A DNA stretch of 64,000 bases from a virus, in the IMG/VR virus record IMGVR_UViG_3300025736_000014, positions 5,708 to 69,707 of that record; one strand, 5' to 3'. The notes under the pieces are model-generated. The model ran no database searches and was not told the origin of the DNA. It saw only the letters and a list, made by a program, of their open reading frames with translations. Made by a program: the position numbers and the translations under genes. Positions 56,086 through 64,000 of this stretch are shown here, in pieces. Numbering within the stretch: the first letter of the stretch is position 1; every line of letters starts with the position of its first letter.

Positions 56086-56603
56086 CACGGGTGGATTGAG
56101 TTTTGATGTGGTAGCCAAGCGTCCTTGACTACCACCGCATAAACTTAATTAAAAAAGAGGTATGTTTACCTGCCTCAAGCTCTAAAAGTCGCTTAGAAAC
56201 GATCTGGTAAGTTCATCTTGAGTAAAAAAATAATAAAAACTAACTTATAAGGTTAATTAAACCAGAATTATAGGATAAAGGGGGTGAAATAATATGAAAA
56301 CTATTAACCATCTAGGACATAGGTGGACTATACACAAAAGCAGTTTAGGAGATAAGTTTGTTCTATTAAAACGAACAAACTGGCTATCTGATCTTAAAAG
56401 ATTAGGTCAAGTAGCGACTGCTATTGATGTTCATAAAATAAACTTAATTAAATAAGGAGTATATATGACTGATAAAGAAATTATCAAATTAGCCGAAGAA
56501 TTAGGAGATGAAAACCCCAACTTTGAGTTTTACAGAACTCATACAGTTGAAGAAATAAAAGAAGCACTAATAGCAATAGATGAATAAAGGAGGTGAAATA
56601 AGC

Positions 56604-56780
56604 ATGAAAGCTAAAGAATTAAAGAAGATGTTAGAGATCATCCCAGATAATGCTGAGATTATTATGTCATCAGACGCAGAAGGAAATGATTTTTCTGAAG
56701 TAGATGGCGTATATGGTCAAAAGGGTGATGATTTTGATGGATATTGTTTATATCCTTCTCACGACCGTTTAAAAATTTGA
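56604..56780 (+). CDS. hypothetical protein
   Basis: SSDAEGNDF motif; RBS. Confidence 0.55.
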   Translation: MKAKELKKMLEIIPDNAEIIMSSDAEGNDFSEVDGVYGQKGDDFDGYCLYPSHDRLKI

Positions 56781-56801
56781 AAGAATTGAAAGGAGCAGTA
56801 T

Positions 56802-57026
56802 ATGAAATTTTTTAAAGCAGTATTAAAGGAAGTTAAAGACCCTATGTCTTACGCTTATGGTCTTGGTTGTAATACCAGAATAGAAGATAGAATAGAAAAA
56901 AACGGTAAGTGTCCCGAATGTGGTAAAGACAAGTGGTTCTTCTTACCTAAAGAAAGTAGTTCTGTCAGAACTGGTGGAAAACCATATATCGAATGTCTCG
57001 GTTGTGGTTATACATCCCACTTATAG
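56802..57026 (+). CDS. Zn-ribbon protein
   Basis: CPECG..CLGCG. Confidence 0.6.
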   Translation: MKFFKAVLKEVKDPMSYAYGLGCNTRIEDRIEKNGKCPECGKDKWFFLPKESSSVRTGGKPYIECLGCGYTSHL

Positions 57027-57084
57027 GCTTGACTTATTTTAGCAGTCGTGTTATTATACTGCTAATATATAAATATATGAAAAG

Positions 57085-57939
57085 ATGATCGCTACACCCA
57101 TAAATTTAATTCCAACCGATAATATGAAAAGACTTAAGTCTGGTATTATTGGTTTTGACAAATTGCTTGGAGGTGGGTTTGTTCCAGGTCAAGCAATACT
57201 ATTCGCTGGGGTTCCTGGGGCAGGGAAATCTACCCTCGTTTTTCAAATTGCCAACTCAATAGCAAAGCATGGATATAAAGTTTTGTATGCCACTGGGGAG
57301 GAAAGCTTAGGGCAGATTAAATTACGAGCAGAGCGGATAAAAACGCTTGAACCCAAAATCTTATGCTCAGATAAAATTAAGCTAGAGGAAGTTATAAAAG
57401 CATCTAATGAAATTAAACCTAAGGTAATTATAGTGGATAGTTTACAGATGATTTCTTCAGTATCGCTTCGGCAATCACCTGGTTCTCCATCTCAGATGAA
57501 GTATGGGCTTTCATCTTTAATAGAGCATGTAAAAGAAACAAACCGAATCCTAATTGCGATTGGACACTCAACTAAAGCTGGACTGATAGCAGGAATGCTA
57601 GGAATTCAGCACATGGTCGATGCTTCTTTCTATATGCTAATTAAGGAAGATAGTTCGAGGGAAATATTTAGCAAGAAAAACCGCTTTGGGGAATCTCAAA
57701 TTAGTTGGGTAGTTAGCATGACCGCTAGTGGAATAAAAGATCCAGCAATCAAAGAGGTTGAAATCGAGACTAAGACAATCAAAATTAAATCAAAGCAAAT
57801 TAAAAAAGCACTAGAAAATACTGGGTATATAAATAGAAATATAATTAAGAGCGATTTTGAGTGGTTATTAAAAAATATAACTGGCAAGAAAAAAAAGATA
57901 GCTAGTTATGATATAATCTACCAACTTGAGGAGAAATAA
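57085..57939 (+). CDS. RadA/Sms-like RecA-fold ATPase lacking Zn finger and Lon domain
   Basis: GVPGAGKST, YATGEES..RAER, IIVDSLQ, HMVD, KNRFG; TTGACT promoter at 57029. Confidence 0.85.
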   Translation: MIATPINLIPTDNMKRLKSGIIGFDKLLGGGFVPGQAILFAGVPGAGKSTLVFQIANSIAKHGYKVLYATGEESLGQIKLRAERIKTLEPKILCSDKIKLEEVIKASNEIKPKVIIVDSLQMISSVSLRQSPGSPSQMKYGLSSLIEHVKETNRILIAIGHSTKAGLIAGMLGIQHMVDASFYMLIKEDSSREIFSKKNRFGESQISWVVSMTASGIKDPAIKEVEIETKTIKIKSKQIKKALENTGYINRNIIKSDFEWLLKNITGKKKKIASYDIIYQLEEK

Positions 57940-57940
57940 T

Positions 57941-58405
57941 ATGAGTTATGATAAATATTACAGAGTAAGATGTGATATGTGCGGATTGTATTGTATCCCC
58001 TTTGATGATGAAACCCCTTATGGTTGTAGTTCTTATGATCCCCCAGAACCTCACGATCCATATCATTATTGTAGGAAGTGTTATCCAGAGTTAAAAAAAC
58101 AATGGCTAAAACAACTCAAAGATTCTCCTAGCAATGGTGATTGGCATAAATCTAGGGCAGAGAATTGGGCAGCCAAAAAGTTAGGTTTAGCATGGTCTAA
58201 CGGGATAGGCATATTGGGTTCAAAAGGAGATTGGGCTGACGCTCATCAATACATAACACAAAAAGAATATGATCGCTTATCAAAATTACCTTATTGGGGA
58301 TATTGTGAGAAGTGTGGAAGTAAAAACGACTCTTGTCATGTTCTTTATGGAATGGTTTGCTCTAATAAAAAGTGTAAAAGATATAGAAAATATAAGCAAA
58401 TATGA
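57941..58405 (+). CDS. Cys-rich hypothetical protein
   Basis: several CxxC pairs. Confidence 0.55.
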   Translation: MSYDKYYRVRCDMCGLYCIPFDDETPYGCSSYDPPEPHDPYHYCRKCYPELKKQWLKQLKDSPSNGDWHKSRAENWAAKKLGLAWSNGIGILGSKGDWADAHQYITQKEYDRLSKLPYWGYCEKCGSKNDSCHVLYGMVCSNKKCKRYRKYKQI

Positions 58406-58764
58406 AGATAAAACTAACTAATCCGTTTAATAAAAAGAAATATGAGCTAGTCCTTAGACCAGAGTTTGTAGCTCCGACTAAGCCCCAAGTTGATATGACA
58501 CCCACTTCGGTTACAATCAAAAATACTTTTGTAGGTGCCTATTATCTAGCTATGGGCGGAAACTTAGCAAGTGTCAGAAAAATTAGACTTACTAAGAAAA
58601 AAGCAGGGAAAAAAGGTTATCCTATACAGTGGATCATGACTATCGCTAATGTTCCTAAGCATGCTATTAACTTATATCAATCAGGGAAAGCTACTTGTTC
58701 CGTTGATATGTTGGCAAACTGCCGAAGAAAATTAAAAAGAGAAATTTATAGGTTATTACCATGA
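58402..58764 (+). CDS. hypothetical protein
   Basis: 120 aa ORF. Confidence 0.55.
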   Translation: MKIKLTNPFNKKKYELVLRPEFVAPTKPQVDMTPTSVTIKNTFVGAYYLAMGGNLASVRKIRLTKKKAGKKGYPIQWIMTIANVPKHAINLYQSGKATCSVDMLANCRRKLKREIYRLLP

Positions 58765-58887
58765 GTGCTATTTGGCGAAAAAGAAAACGAAGAAAAATAA
58801 ATAAGAGGAAACGCAGAAGGCGGGGAAAGAAGAAGTGAAAGGTACTATTGACAAAGTTATTAACTATGCTATACTATTTATAAATAT

Positions 58888-59253
58888 ATGAAATCTAATA
58901 CAACAAAAGCCAATATCGCAACCAAACAAATTCTCCAAGATGTTGCCGAAGGAATAAAGCGTAATACCCGCAAAAAAGAAGAAGAACTACGGAATATTCT
59001 ACACACTGAATACGATCATGATTGTAAAGCTGGACCCGAAAGTGGTTGTCGTGTTTGTGCTTGGATTGATAACGCAACCCTGCCCGAACTAATAGCCAAG
59101 AGAAAAGAACTGGATAACGATCTTCAGTTGGGAAGAGATGAGCATATAGAAGGAGATGAGCATGAACATCCAACCCCATCAGATACCAAAAACGCAATAG
59201 ATAATTTTGGAGTTAATCTGGATAATAAATCAAAAACAAGTAAGATACTATAA
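58888..59253 (+). CDS. hypothetical protein
   Basis: 121 aa; TTGACA-N16-TATACT promoter at 58848-58875. Confidence 0.55.
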   Translation: MKSNTTKANIATKQILQDVAEGIKRNTRKKEEELRNILHTEYDHDCKAGPESGCRVCAWIDNATLPELIAKRKELDNDLQLGRDEHIEGDEHEHPTPSDTKNAIDNFGVNLDNKSKTSKIL

Positions 59254-59277
59254 GAGAAATTAAATAAGAAATAATTT

Positions 59278-59478
59278 ATGAAAAGAGAAACTATAGTTAA
59301 AAAAATATTAAAATTTGTAGCTGAAGAATGGGAGTTTGAATCAGAATATGCTGGAAGAATGGAAGATTATTGTAGGTTTTGTGGTAAGTATCAAGAACGA
59401 GAACATAAAGGAGAACAGCATAATAAGAGTTGTTTAGCATTAAAGGCTAGAAAATTATTAAATAATGAAGATAAATAA
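59278..59478 (+). CDS. small Zn-binding protein
   Basis: CRFC..H..C. Confidence 0.55.
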   Translation: MKRETIVKKILKFVAEEWEFESEYAGRMEDYCRFCGKYQEREHKGEQHNKSCLALKARKLLNNEDK

Positions 59479-59590
59479 TATGTTTTTAATATTCTATTTA
59501 TTATTTGTAATCTTAACACCCGCCAAATTCAGTTGGTTCTGGTTCATCTTCTGGCTAATTATGAGTGGGATATTTAATGAGGAGTAATAT

Positions 59591-59836
59591 ATGAAATATA
59601 CCCCAGAACAGATCAAAGAGTGTAAAGACTATCTTGGCTTATGCGTTAAAGAAGGTTACATGGATACACCAGAGGCAGAGGAGATTATAAAAAAGAAAGA
59701 CTGGAAGAAAGTTTATTACTATATGGACAAAGCTGAGTCTATGGCTAATGATAACGAATATCAAGAACGAGCGGAAGATGAACCAGAACCAGATCCAGAG
59801 GACTTTCCAGATTATAAACCAAATAAAAAGGAGTAA
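59591..59836 (+). CDS. acidic hypothetical protein
   Basis: 81 aa with RBS. Confidence 0.55.
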   Translation: MKYTPEQIKECKDYLGLCVKEGYMDTPEAEEIIKKKDWKKVYYYMDKAESMANDNEYQERAEDEPEPDPEDFPDYKPNKKE

Positions 59837-59837
59837 T

Positions 59838-60182
59838 ATGAAGAAAATAAGATTATTTGATAAACCATCAGAGGAATTTTCCCATCCTGCTGGAGGTGGG
59901 AGTGGAATAGCAAAAAAGTATTATTTTGCTAATGGTTATGGAGCAAGTGTAGTTAGATTTAAGTTGGGTAGCGATCCTTCTGTTAAAATGTTCGCTGAAA
60001 ATAATAGATATGGGAGTTACACAAGTAACGAAAAGGAATGGGAGTTAGCTGTCATAAAAAAGACAAAGGGCGAATGGGGATTAACTTATGATACTCCGAT
60101 TACTGATGATGTGATTGGACACCTATTAGAAGATGACGTAGAGAAGATACTACAGAAGATTAAGAAATTACCTAAGGAGTAA
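59838..60182 (+). CDS. conserved phage protein
   Basis: FANGYGASVV..WELAVI..TPITDDVIG. Confidence 0.65.
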   Translation: MKKIRLFDKPSEEFSHPAGGGSGIAKKYYFANGYGASVVRFKLGSDPSVKMFAENNRYGSYTSNEKEWELAVIKKTKGEWGLTYDTPITDDVIGHLLEDDVEKILQKIKKLPKE

Positions 60183-60184
60183 AT

Positions 60185-60538
60185 ATGATTAAATATATTC
60201 TTATAGTTGTAGCCATATATACGATAGGTTGTTGGAAAGAGATAGTTAAATTTATTAAGAAAAAAACAGAGTATTGGAATATTGGAGAGATTTTCTTAGG
60301 TTTGTTTTTCTTAGCAATGATAGGATTCTTTATATTTGGTATCTATAAAACAGCAACATCTGGGAGCTATGGAGAGAATGGATGCGATAAGTTTGGAGAA
60401 ACTCATAAGATAGAAACAGTCTATGATGGCTATACCTGTTGGGTAGTTACTCTAGATGGGAAAATAGATTCAGGTGCTTACAGGAATTCGTTAATTGATA
60501 AAGGCCATAGCATACTTAAATATTATGAAAGTAACTAA
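60185..60538 (+). CDS. membrane protein
   Basis: two TM segments. Confidence 0.55.
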   Translation: MIKYILIVVAIYTIGCWKEIVKFIKKKTEYWNIGEIFLGLFFLAMIGFFIFGIYKTATSGSYGENGCDKFGETHKIETVYDGYTCWVVTLDGKIDSGAYRNSLIDKGHSILKYYESN

Positions 60539-60548
60539 AGGAGGATTT

Positions 60549-61306
60549 ATGGCAAAACCAAAATTGCCAGTAAAGAAGTTTTATCAAAAAAGAGTTATCG
60601 AGGATACTCCAGATAAAGAGAACGGATTATCTGAAAGCCCAACATACTTCCGTTATTTTTTTATTGCGGTTATTGTTGCGGTAATTTCTGCTTGTGCTGG
60701 GCTTCCCCTACGAAAATCATGGGGTGAAATCATGTTCGCTATACAGCATCCAGAAATTGTCAGGGAAGTAAAAAACCTTTATCAGATATCACATGATGAA
60801 GCCGATAAAGAAATCCTGCTCAGGCAGAGAATGGCTCTTCCGACTGAAGAAGTAAAAAAAGAGTAGAACTTGCCGACGCCCCTGCGGTAAGTACCAGTCT
60901 AGACATAAGGGGAAAAGATTCTCGGCTTGCTATCGAGTTAATTATTAGAAATCAATTAAAAGGTACACCTATGCAAGGATTAGAAAACCAATTTACCGCT
61001 TGCGAAATTGATCCTATACTTTTAACAGCAGTGGGAATAGAAGAATCTAGGCTGGGTTCTGCTTATTCTAGTGAATTTAATGCTAGACATCATAATGCTT
61101 TCGGAATTATGGATGATAATGGGCTAAAATCCTTTTCATCTTGGGAAATAGGAATTTTTGAAGCCTGTGGGATATTAAAGAGACAAATTAACAAGGGGGC
61201 TAAAAATCTAGACATGCTAGGGGCTGTTTATGCTACTAGCTCTAGTTGGTCTACAAAAGTAGGAACTATTTATAACAAGCTATTACACGAATTAGAAGTT
61301 TTATAG
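60549..61306 (+). CDS. TM-anchored glucosaminidase/lysozyme-like protein split by a -1 frameshift at 60854-60860
   Basis: frame 0 ends TAG 60864; -1 frame open 60848-61306 with IDP.LL.AV..EES..G..NAFGI..F.SW motifs; A7 slippery site plus pseudoknot. Confidence 0.7.
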
Positions 61307-61503
61307 TATAATATGAAGAATGAAAGGCATGCTCACTACTAAACAAAAATTAGATATTCTAAGGAGAAGGTGGATGAACGAACCACAAAACAGAGAAAGA
61401 ATAGAAAATCGAGCAAGCCTATTAAAGATGGCCGAAGAAGAGAAATCTAAAGGGTTCATCAGAGATGCCGAAAAGATTTTCGGAGCAAGTGCAAAATAAC
61501 TAT

Positions 61504-61935
61504 ATGGCAGAACGATTTAACAAGATATTTAACCAACGCCAACAGCAACGCGAACAGAAAATCAACGAAGCCTTCAAACGGCAGAGATTAGATTTACCTG
61601 TAGATATTGAGCCAATTCATCGCCTAACAGAAGATTTAATTGATAGTGAGGGTTGGACTGAGAAGTGTCCAGTAGGGAAAGGTATTCTATACACTAAGGG
61701 TAATGAAAGAAAAGTAGTTACTCCTGGCATGGAAGATTTACGCTTTGTTTCCCCAGTGGTTATCTACCAAGCCCCTAAGGGTATGGAGAAGAAAAGCCCT
61801 GAAGAACTGAAAAAGAATTTGGAAGAACACAAGAAAGCCAAGCAAGCCAAAGATTGTGCTGATGAAATTCACCCTGATAATGGAAGAAAAACCAATGGCA
61901 AAAAACATAAGGGGAATTGGGGGAAACACAAATGA
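61504..61935 (+). CDS. hypothetical protein
   Basis: ORF, probable start 61504. Confidence 0.5.
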   Translation: MAERFNKIFNQRQQQREQKINEAFKRQRLDLPVDIEPIHRLTEDLIDSEGWTEKCPVGKGILYTKGNERKVVTPGMEDLRFVSPVVIYQAPKGMEKKSPEELKKNLEEHKKAKQAKDCADEIHPDNGRKTNGKKHKGNWGKHK

Positions 61936-62093
61936 GAGATAAAACTGAATTATATATAAATGCTTGGTGGAATAGAACGCTTGATTGTATTGATTTGGAC
62001 AACGATGGAGTAAAAATACCTAGATGGAGTAAAGGAAGATGGAAGATGTGGGTTAGAAAAGAACTAAAGAAATTACTAAAAGGAGATTAAGTT

Positions 62094-62603
62094 ATGGATA
62101 AATCAAAGAAAGTAAGGGAGTTTTTGAGAGAGAGTAATGCTATTGAGGGAGTTTTTGATGAGGATAGTTTAAAACAAGCGGAGATTGCTTGGAAGTATTT
62201 AGAAGAACAGAAGGAATTAGACATCCAAGTTATTTTGAGAACCCATAGAATCCTTATGCTTAACCAGCGAATTAGAGGATTTGAAAGGGGATATTTTAGG
62301 AAACGACCTGTTTTTATAGGTGGTAAAGAAGCCTTACATTATTCAGAAATCAGGGGTGCGATTAAAAGTTGGCTCAAGGATGTTGAAACCTCAATTGAAA
62401 TGCCTGGTAAGAACGGCAAACATATTCAACTAGACCATATTACTTTTGAGAAGATTCACCCGTTTATTGATGGCAATGGCAGAATCGGTAGGATATTTAT
62501 GAACTGGCAAAGGAAGAAAGCGGGATTGCCAATACTCGTTATTAAAGAAGCAGAAAAACAAAAGTATTATGATTGGTTTACTAACACCCTAAAGGGAGAT
62601 TAA
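62094..62603 (+). CDS. Fic domain protein
   Basis: HPFIDGNGRIGR; SNAIEG. Confidence 0.92.
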   Translation: MDKSKKVREFLRESNAIEGVFDEDSLKQAEIAWKYLEEQKELDIQVILRTHRILMLNQRIRGFERGYFRKRPVFIGGKEALHYSEIRGAIKSWLKDVETSIEMPGKNGKHIQLDHITFEKIHPFIDGNGRIGRIFMNWQRKKAGLPILVIKEAEKQKYYDWFTNTLKGD

Positions 62604-62606
62604 GTT

Positions 62607-62774
62607 ATGGATAAATCAAAGAAAGTAACAGATTGGGATAAATACTACAAAAAGAATAAAGCGAATTTGTGGTGGAGATTTAGAATATGGATATACAACC
62701 TTATTAACAACCAAAAAGGAGAGAAAAACCAAACTCCTAATGGTGGATCAGAAGGATGGAAAGGTGGAGGCTAA
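62607..62774 (+). CDS. 55 aa protein with the same first 7 codons as Fic
   Basis: 34-bp direct repeat 62082-62115 = 62595-62628. Confidence 0.5.
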   Translation: MDKSKKVTDWDKYYKKNKANLWWRFRIWIYNLINNQKGEKNQTPNGGSEGWKGGG

Positions 62775-62796
62775 AAAATATGGAGAAAGATTATGT

Positions 62797-64000
62797 ATGA
62801 AGTATATAGATTTATTTGCTGGCGTAGGAGGATTCCGTTATGGGCTTGAAAAGGTTAGGCAACATTTACAAGTCGGGAGGACAAGCAGGGATGATATACG
62901 ACAAAACAGGGTTAAGTCCGACACTAACACCAGCCAAAAGGGGAGGAAAAGCGGCAATGCCTTTAGTTGTGTGTGGTCCAGCAAACTCGAAAAAGTCAGA
63001 GTATCAGGGAATAGGAGTTCACGATCCGTACACGGGCGAGGCAAAAAGAGTTTACAACCCCAAGGGGAAAAGCCCTCCATTAAAGAGACACCCTTACTTG
63101 TGTCCTACTCAAACGAATGGGACAAATACGCCAACTCAGTCTACCGATACCACTACAAAGAATGCGACCAAAGAGACATCAGAGCAGTTAAAGCTGACGA
63201 AATCCCCAAACACGACCTCTTATGTGGAGGTTTTCCCTGCCAATCTTTTAGCGTGGCTGGAAAAAGGGGAGGATTTGAAGACACTAGAGGCACTCTCTTT
63301 TTTGAAATCGCTAGGATTCTCAGGGACAAAAGACCCCGATATTTACTACTCGAAAATGTTAAAGGTTTACTTAGTCACGACAAGGGAAAAACTTTCCAGA
63401 CAATCATTGGGGTTCTCTCCGACATTGGGTATGGAGTGCAATGGCAAGTACTTAATAGCAAAGACTTCGGAGTTCCCCAAAATAGGGAAAGAGTGTTCAT
63501 TATCGGACATTCTCGAAAAGTCAGTCGACCAGAAGTATTTCCTATCAGACAAACAAACCCAAAGTCTCTTAACTACGTTGGAGCAATAATGAGCAAGCAA
63601 AATAAACAATGGTTAAAAGATGGTAAAAAACTAAGTAGAAATTTCCCACAAGGGCAAAGAGTTTATAATAGTAGTGGAATAGGAGCCACAATGGCAAGTA
63701 ACGCTGGCGGGTTAGGTGCTAAAACTGGATTATATATGGTAGATGATCCATCTAGAAAAAAAGGGATCATAGATAAAAATATTGCCCCCACTCTTAGGAA
63801 AGAATCTCATGGCAATCTTCCTGCGGTAGTAATGCCAGTTCTTACCCCAAATAGATTAAAGAAACGCCAACATGGTAGAAGATTTAAGACAGATGGTGAA
63901 CCTAGTTTTACACTTACAGGACGGGACATTCATGGGGTAGCAATCCAGAATCCATTGAAAGGAAAAACAAAATATGGTTGGCACTTTGAACAGAATGTTT
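62797..64000 (+). CDS. C5-cytosine DNA methyltransferase, runs off the window end (absent from ORF track)
   Basis: DLFAGVGG (I), GGFPCQSFS (IV), ENVKGL (VI), QNRERVF (VIII). Confidence 0.92.
   Translation, partial: MKYIDLFAGVGGFRYGLEKVRQHLQVGRTSRDDIRQNRVKSDTNTSQKGRKSGNAFSCVWSSKLEKVRVSGNRSSRSVHGRGKKSLQPQGEKPSIKETPLLVSYSNEWDKYANSVYRYHYKECDQRDIRAVKADEIPKHDLLCGGFPCQSFSVAGKRGGFEDTRGTLFFEIARILRDKRPRYLLLENVKGLLSHDKGKTFQTIIGVLSDIGYGVQWQVLNSKDFGVPQNRERVFIIGHSRKVSRPEVFPIRQTNPKSLNYVGAIMSKQNKQWLKDGKKLSRNFPQGQRVYNSSGIGATMASNAGGLGAKTGLYMVDDPSRKKGIIDKNIAPTLRKESHGNLPAVVMPVLTPNRLKKRQHGRRFKTDGEPSFTLTGRDIHGVAIQNPLKGKTKYGWHFEQNV
62840..63589 (+). CDS. overlapping +1-frame ORF in the methyltransferase gene, beta-subunit-like
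   Basis: GQAGMIYDKTGLSPTL and KRVYNPKGKSP repeat modules; C-terminal CSLSDILE..KYFLS. Confidence 0.5.
   Translation: MGLKRLGNIYKSGGQAGMIYDKTGLSPTLTPAKRGGKAAMPLVVCGPANSKKSEYQGIGVHDPYTGEAKRVYNPKGKSPPLKRHPYLCPTQTNGTNTPTQSTDTTTKNATKETSEQLKLTKSPNTTSYVEVFPANLLAWLEKGEDLKTLEALSFLKSLGFSGTKDPDIYYSKMLKVYLVTTREKLSRQSLGFSPTLGMECNGKYLIAKTSEFPKIGKECSLSDILEKSVDQKYFLSDKQTQSLLTTLEQ

Noticed and set aside
60864-60866. Stop-codon readthrough at TAG joining the two hydrolase halves
   Set aside because: The downstream domain is in the -1 frame, so readthrough would not produce the fusion.
58895-63609. Minus-strand ORFs in the rightward region (e.g. 48091, 49651, 52537, 57696, 58895, 61738, 62838, 63367)
   Set aside because: They are antisense to supported plus-strand genes and lack an RBS.
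1-64000. Alternative genetic code (recoded TAG or TGA)
   Set aside because: Long genes end cleanly at TAA, TAG and TGA with ATGA coupling; coding density is high in code 11; no CUA or UCA tRNA is present.

Overview
Segment of a large tailed dsDNA phage genome in standard genetic code, with no host core genes. A CPR/Patescibacteria-type host is inferred from the long tmRNA tag, a DUF5659-like gene and the tRNA anticodon choice; this is not proven. The left 44 kb is transcribed leftward. It holds a packaging/head block (putative TerS, GpA-type TerL with a LAGLIDADG intein, portal, gpF-like protein) and a ~20 kb glycan cluster (about 11 glycosyltransferase domains, 3 SAM methyltransferases, DegT aminotransferase, epimerase, RmlA-like, cytidylyltransferase, 2 DUF115/Maf-like domains). 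It also holds an AAA+/VWA pair, DNA methylases, RmlC and a 4 kb RNA operon with 30 tRNAs covering all 20 amino acids, a compact RNase P RNA, a tmRNA, rrn-type boxA sites and an HNH insertion. A ~1.3 kb repeat-rich non-coding switch region is followed by a rightward early-type region of small genes, a second AAA+/VWA pair, RadC, RadA-like, two lysozyme-fold proteins, Fic and a C5 methyltransferase. The most unusual signals are: (1) a 1.1 kb block of three genes with no GG and only one CC; (2) a tRNA set whose anticodons avoid dependence on TadA, TilS and wobble-U modification; (3) an A7 slippery site plus H-type pseudoknot that would fuse a membrane anchor to a glucosaminidase-like domain by -1 frameshifting; (4) a tRNA-shaped RNA with a pseudoknot in place of the anticodon arm. 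Family assignments come from motif recognition by eye, not database searches.
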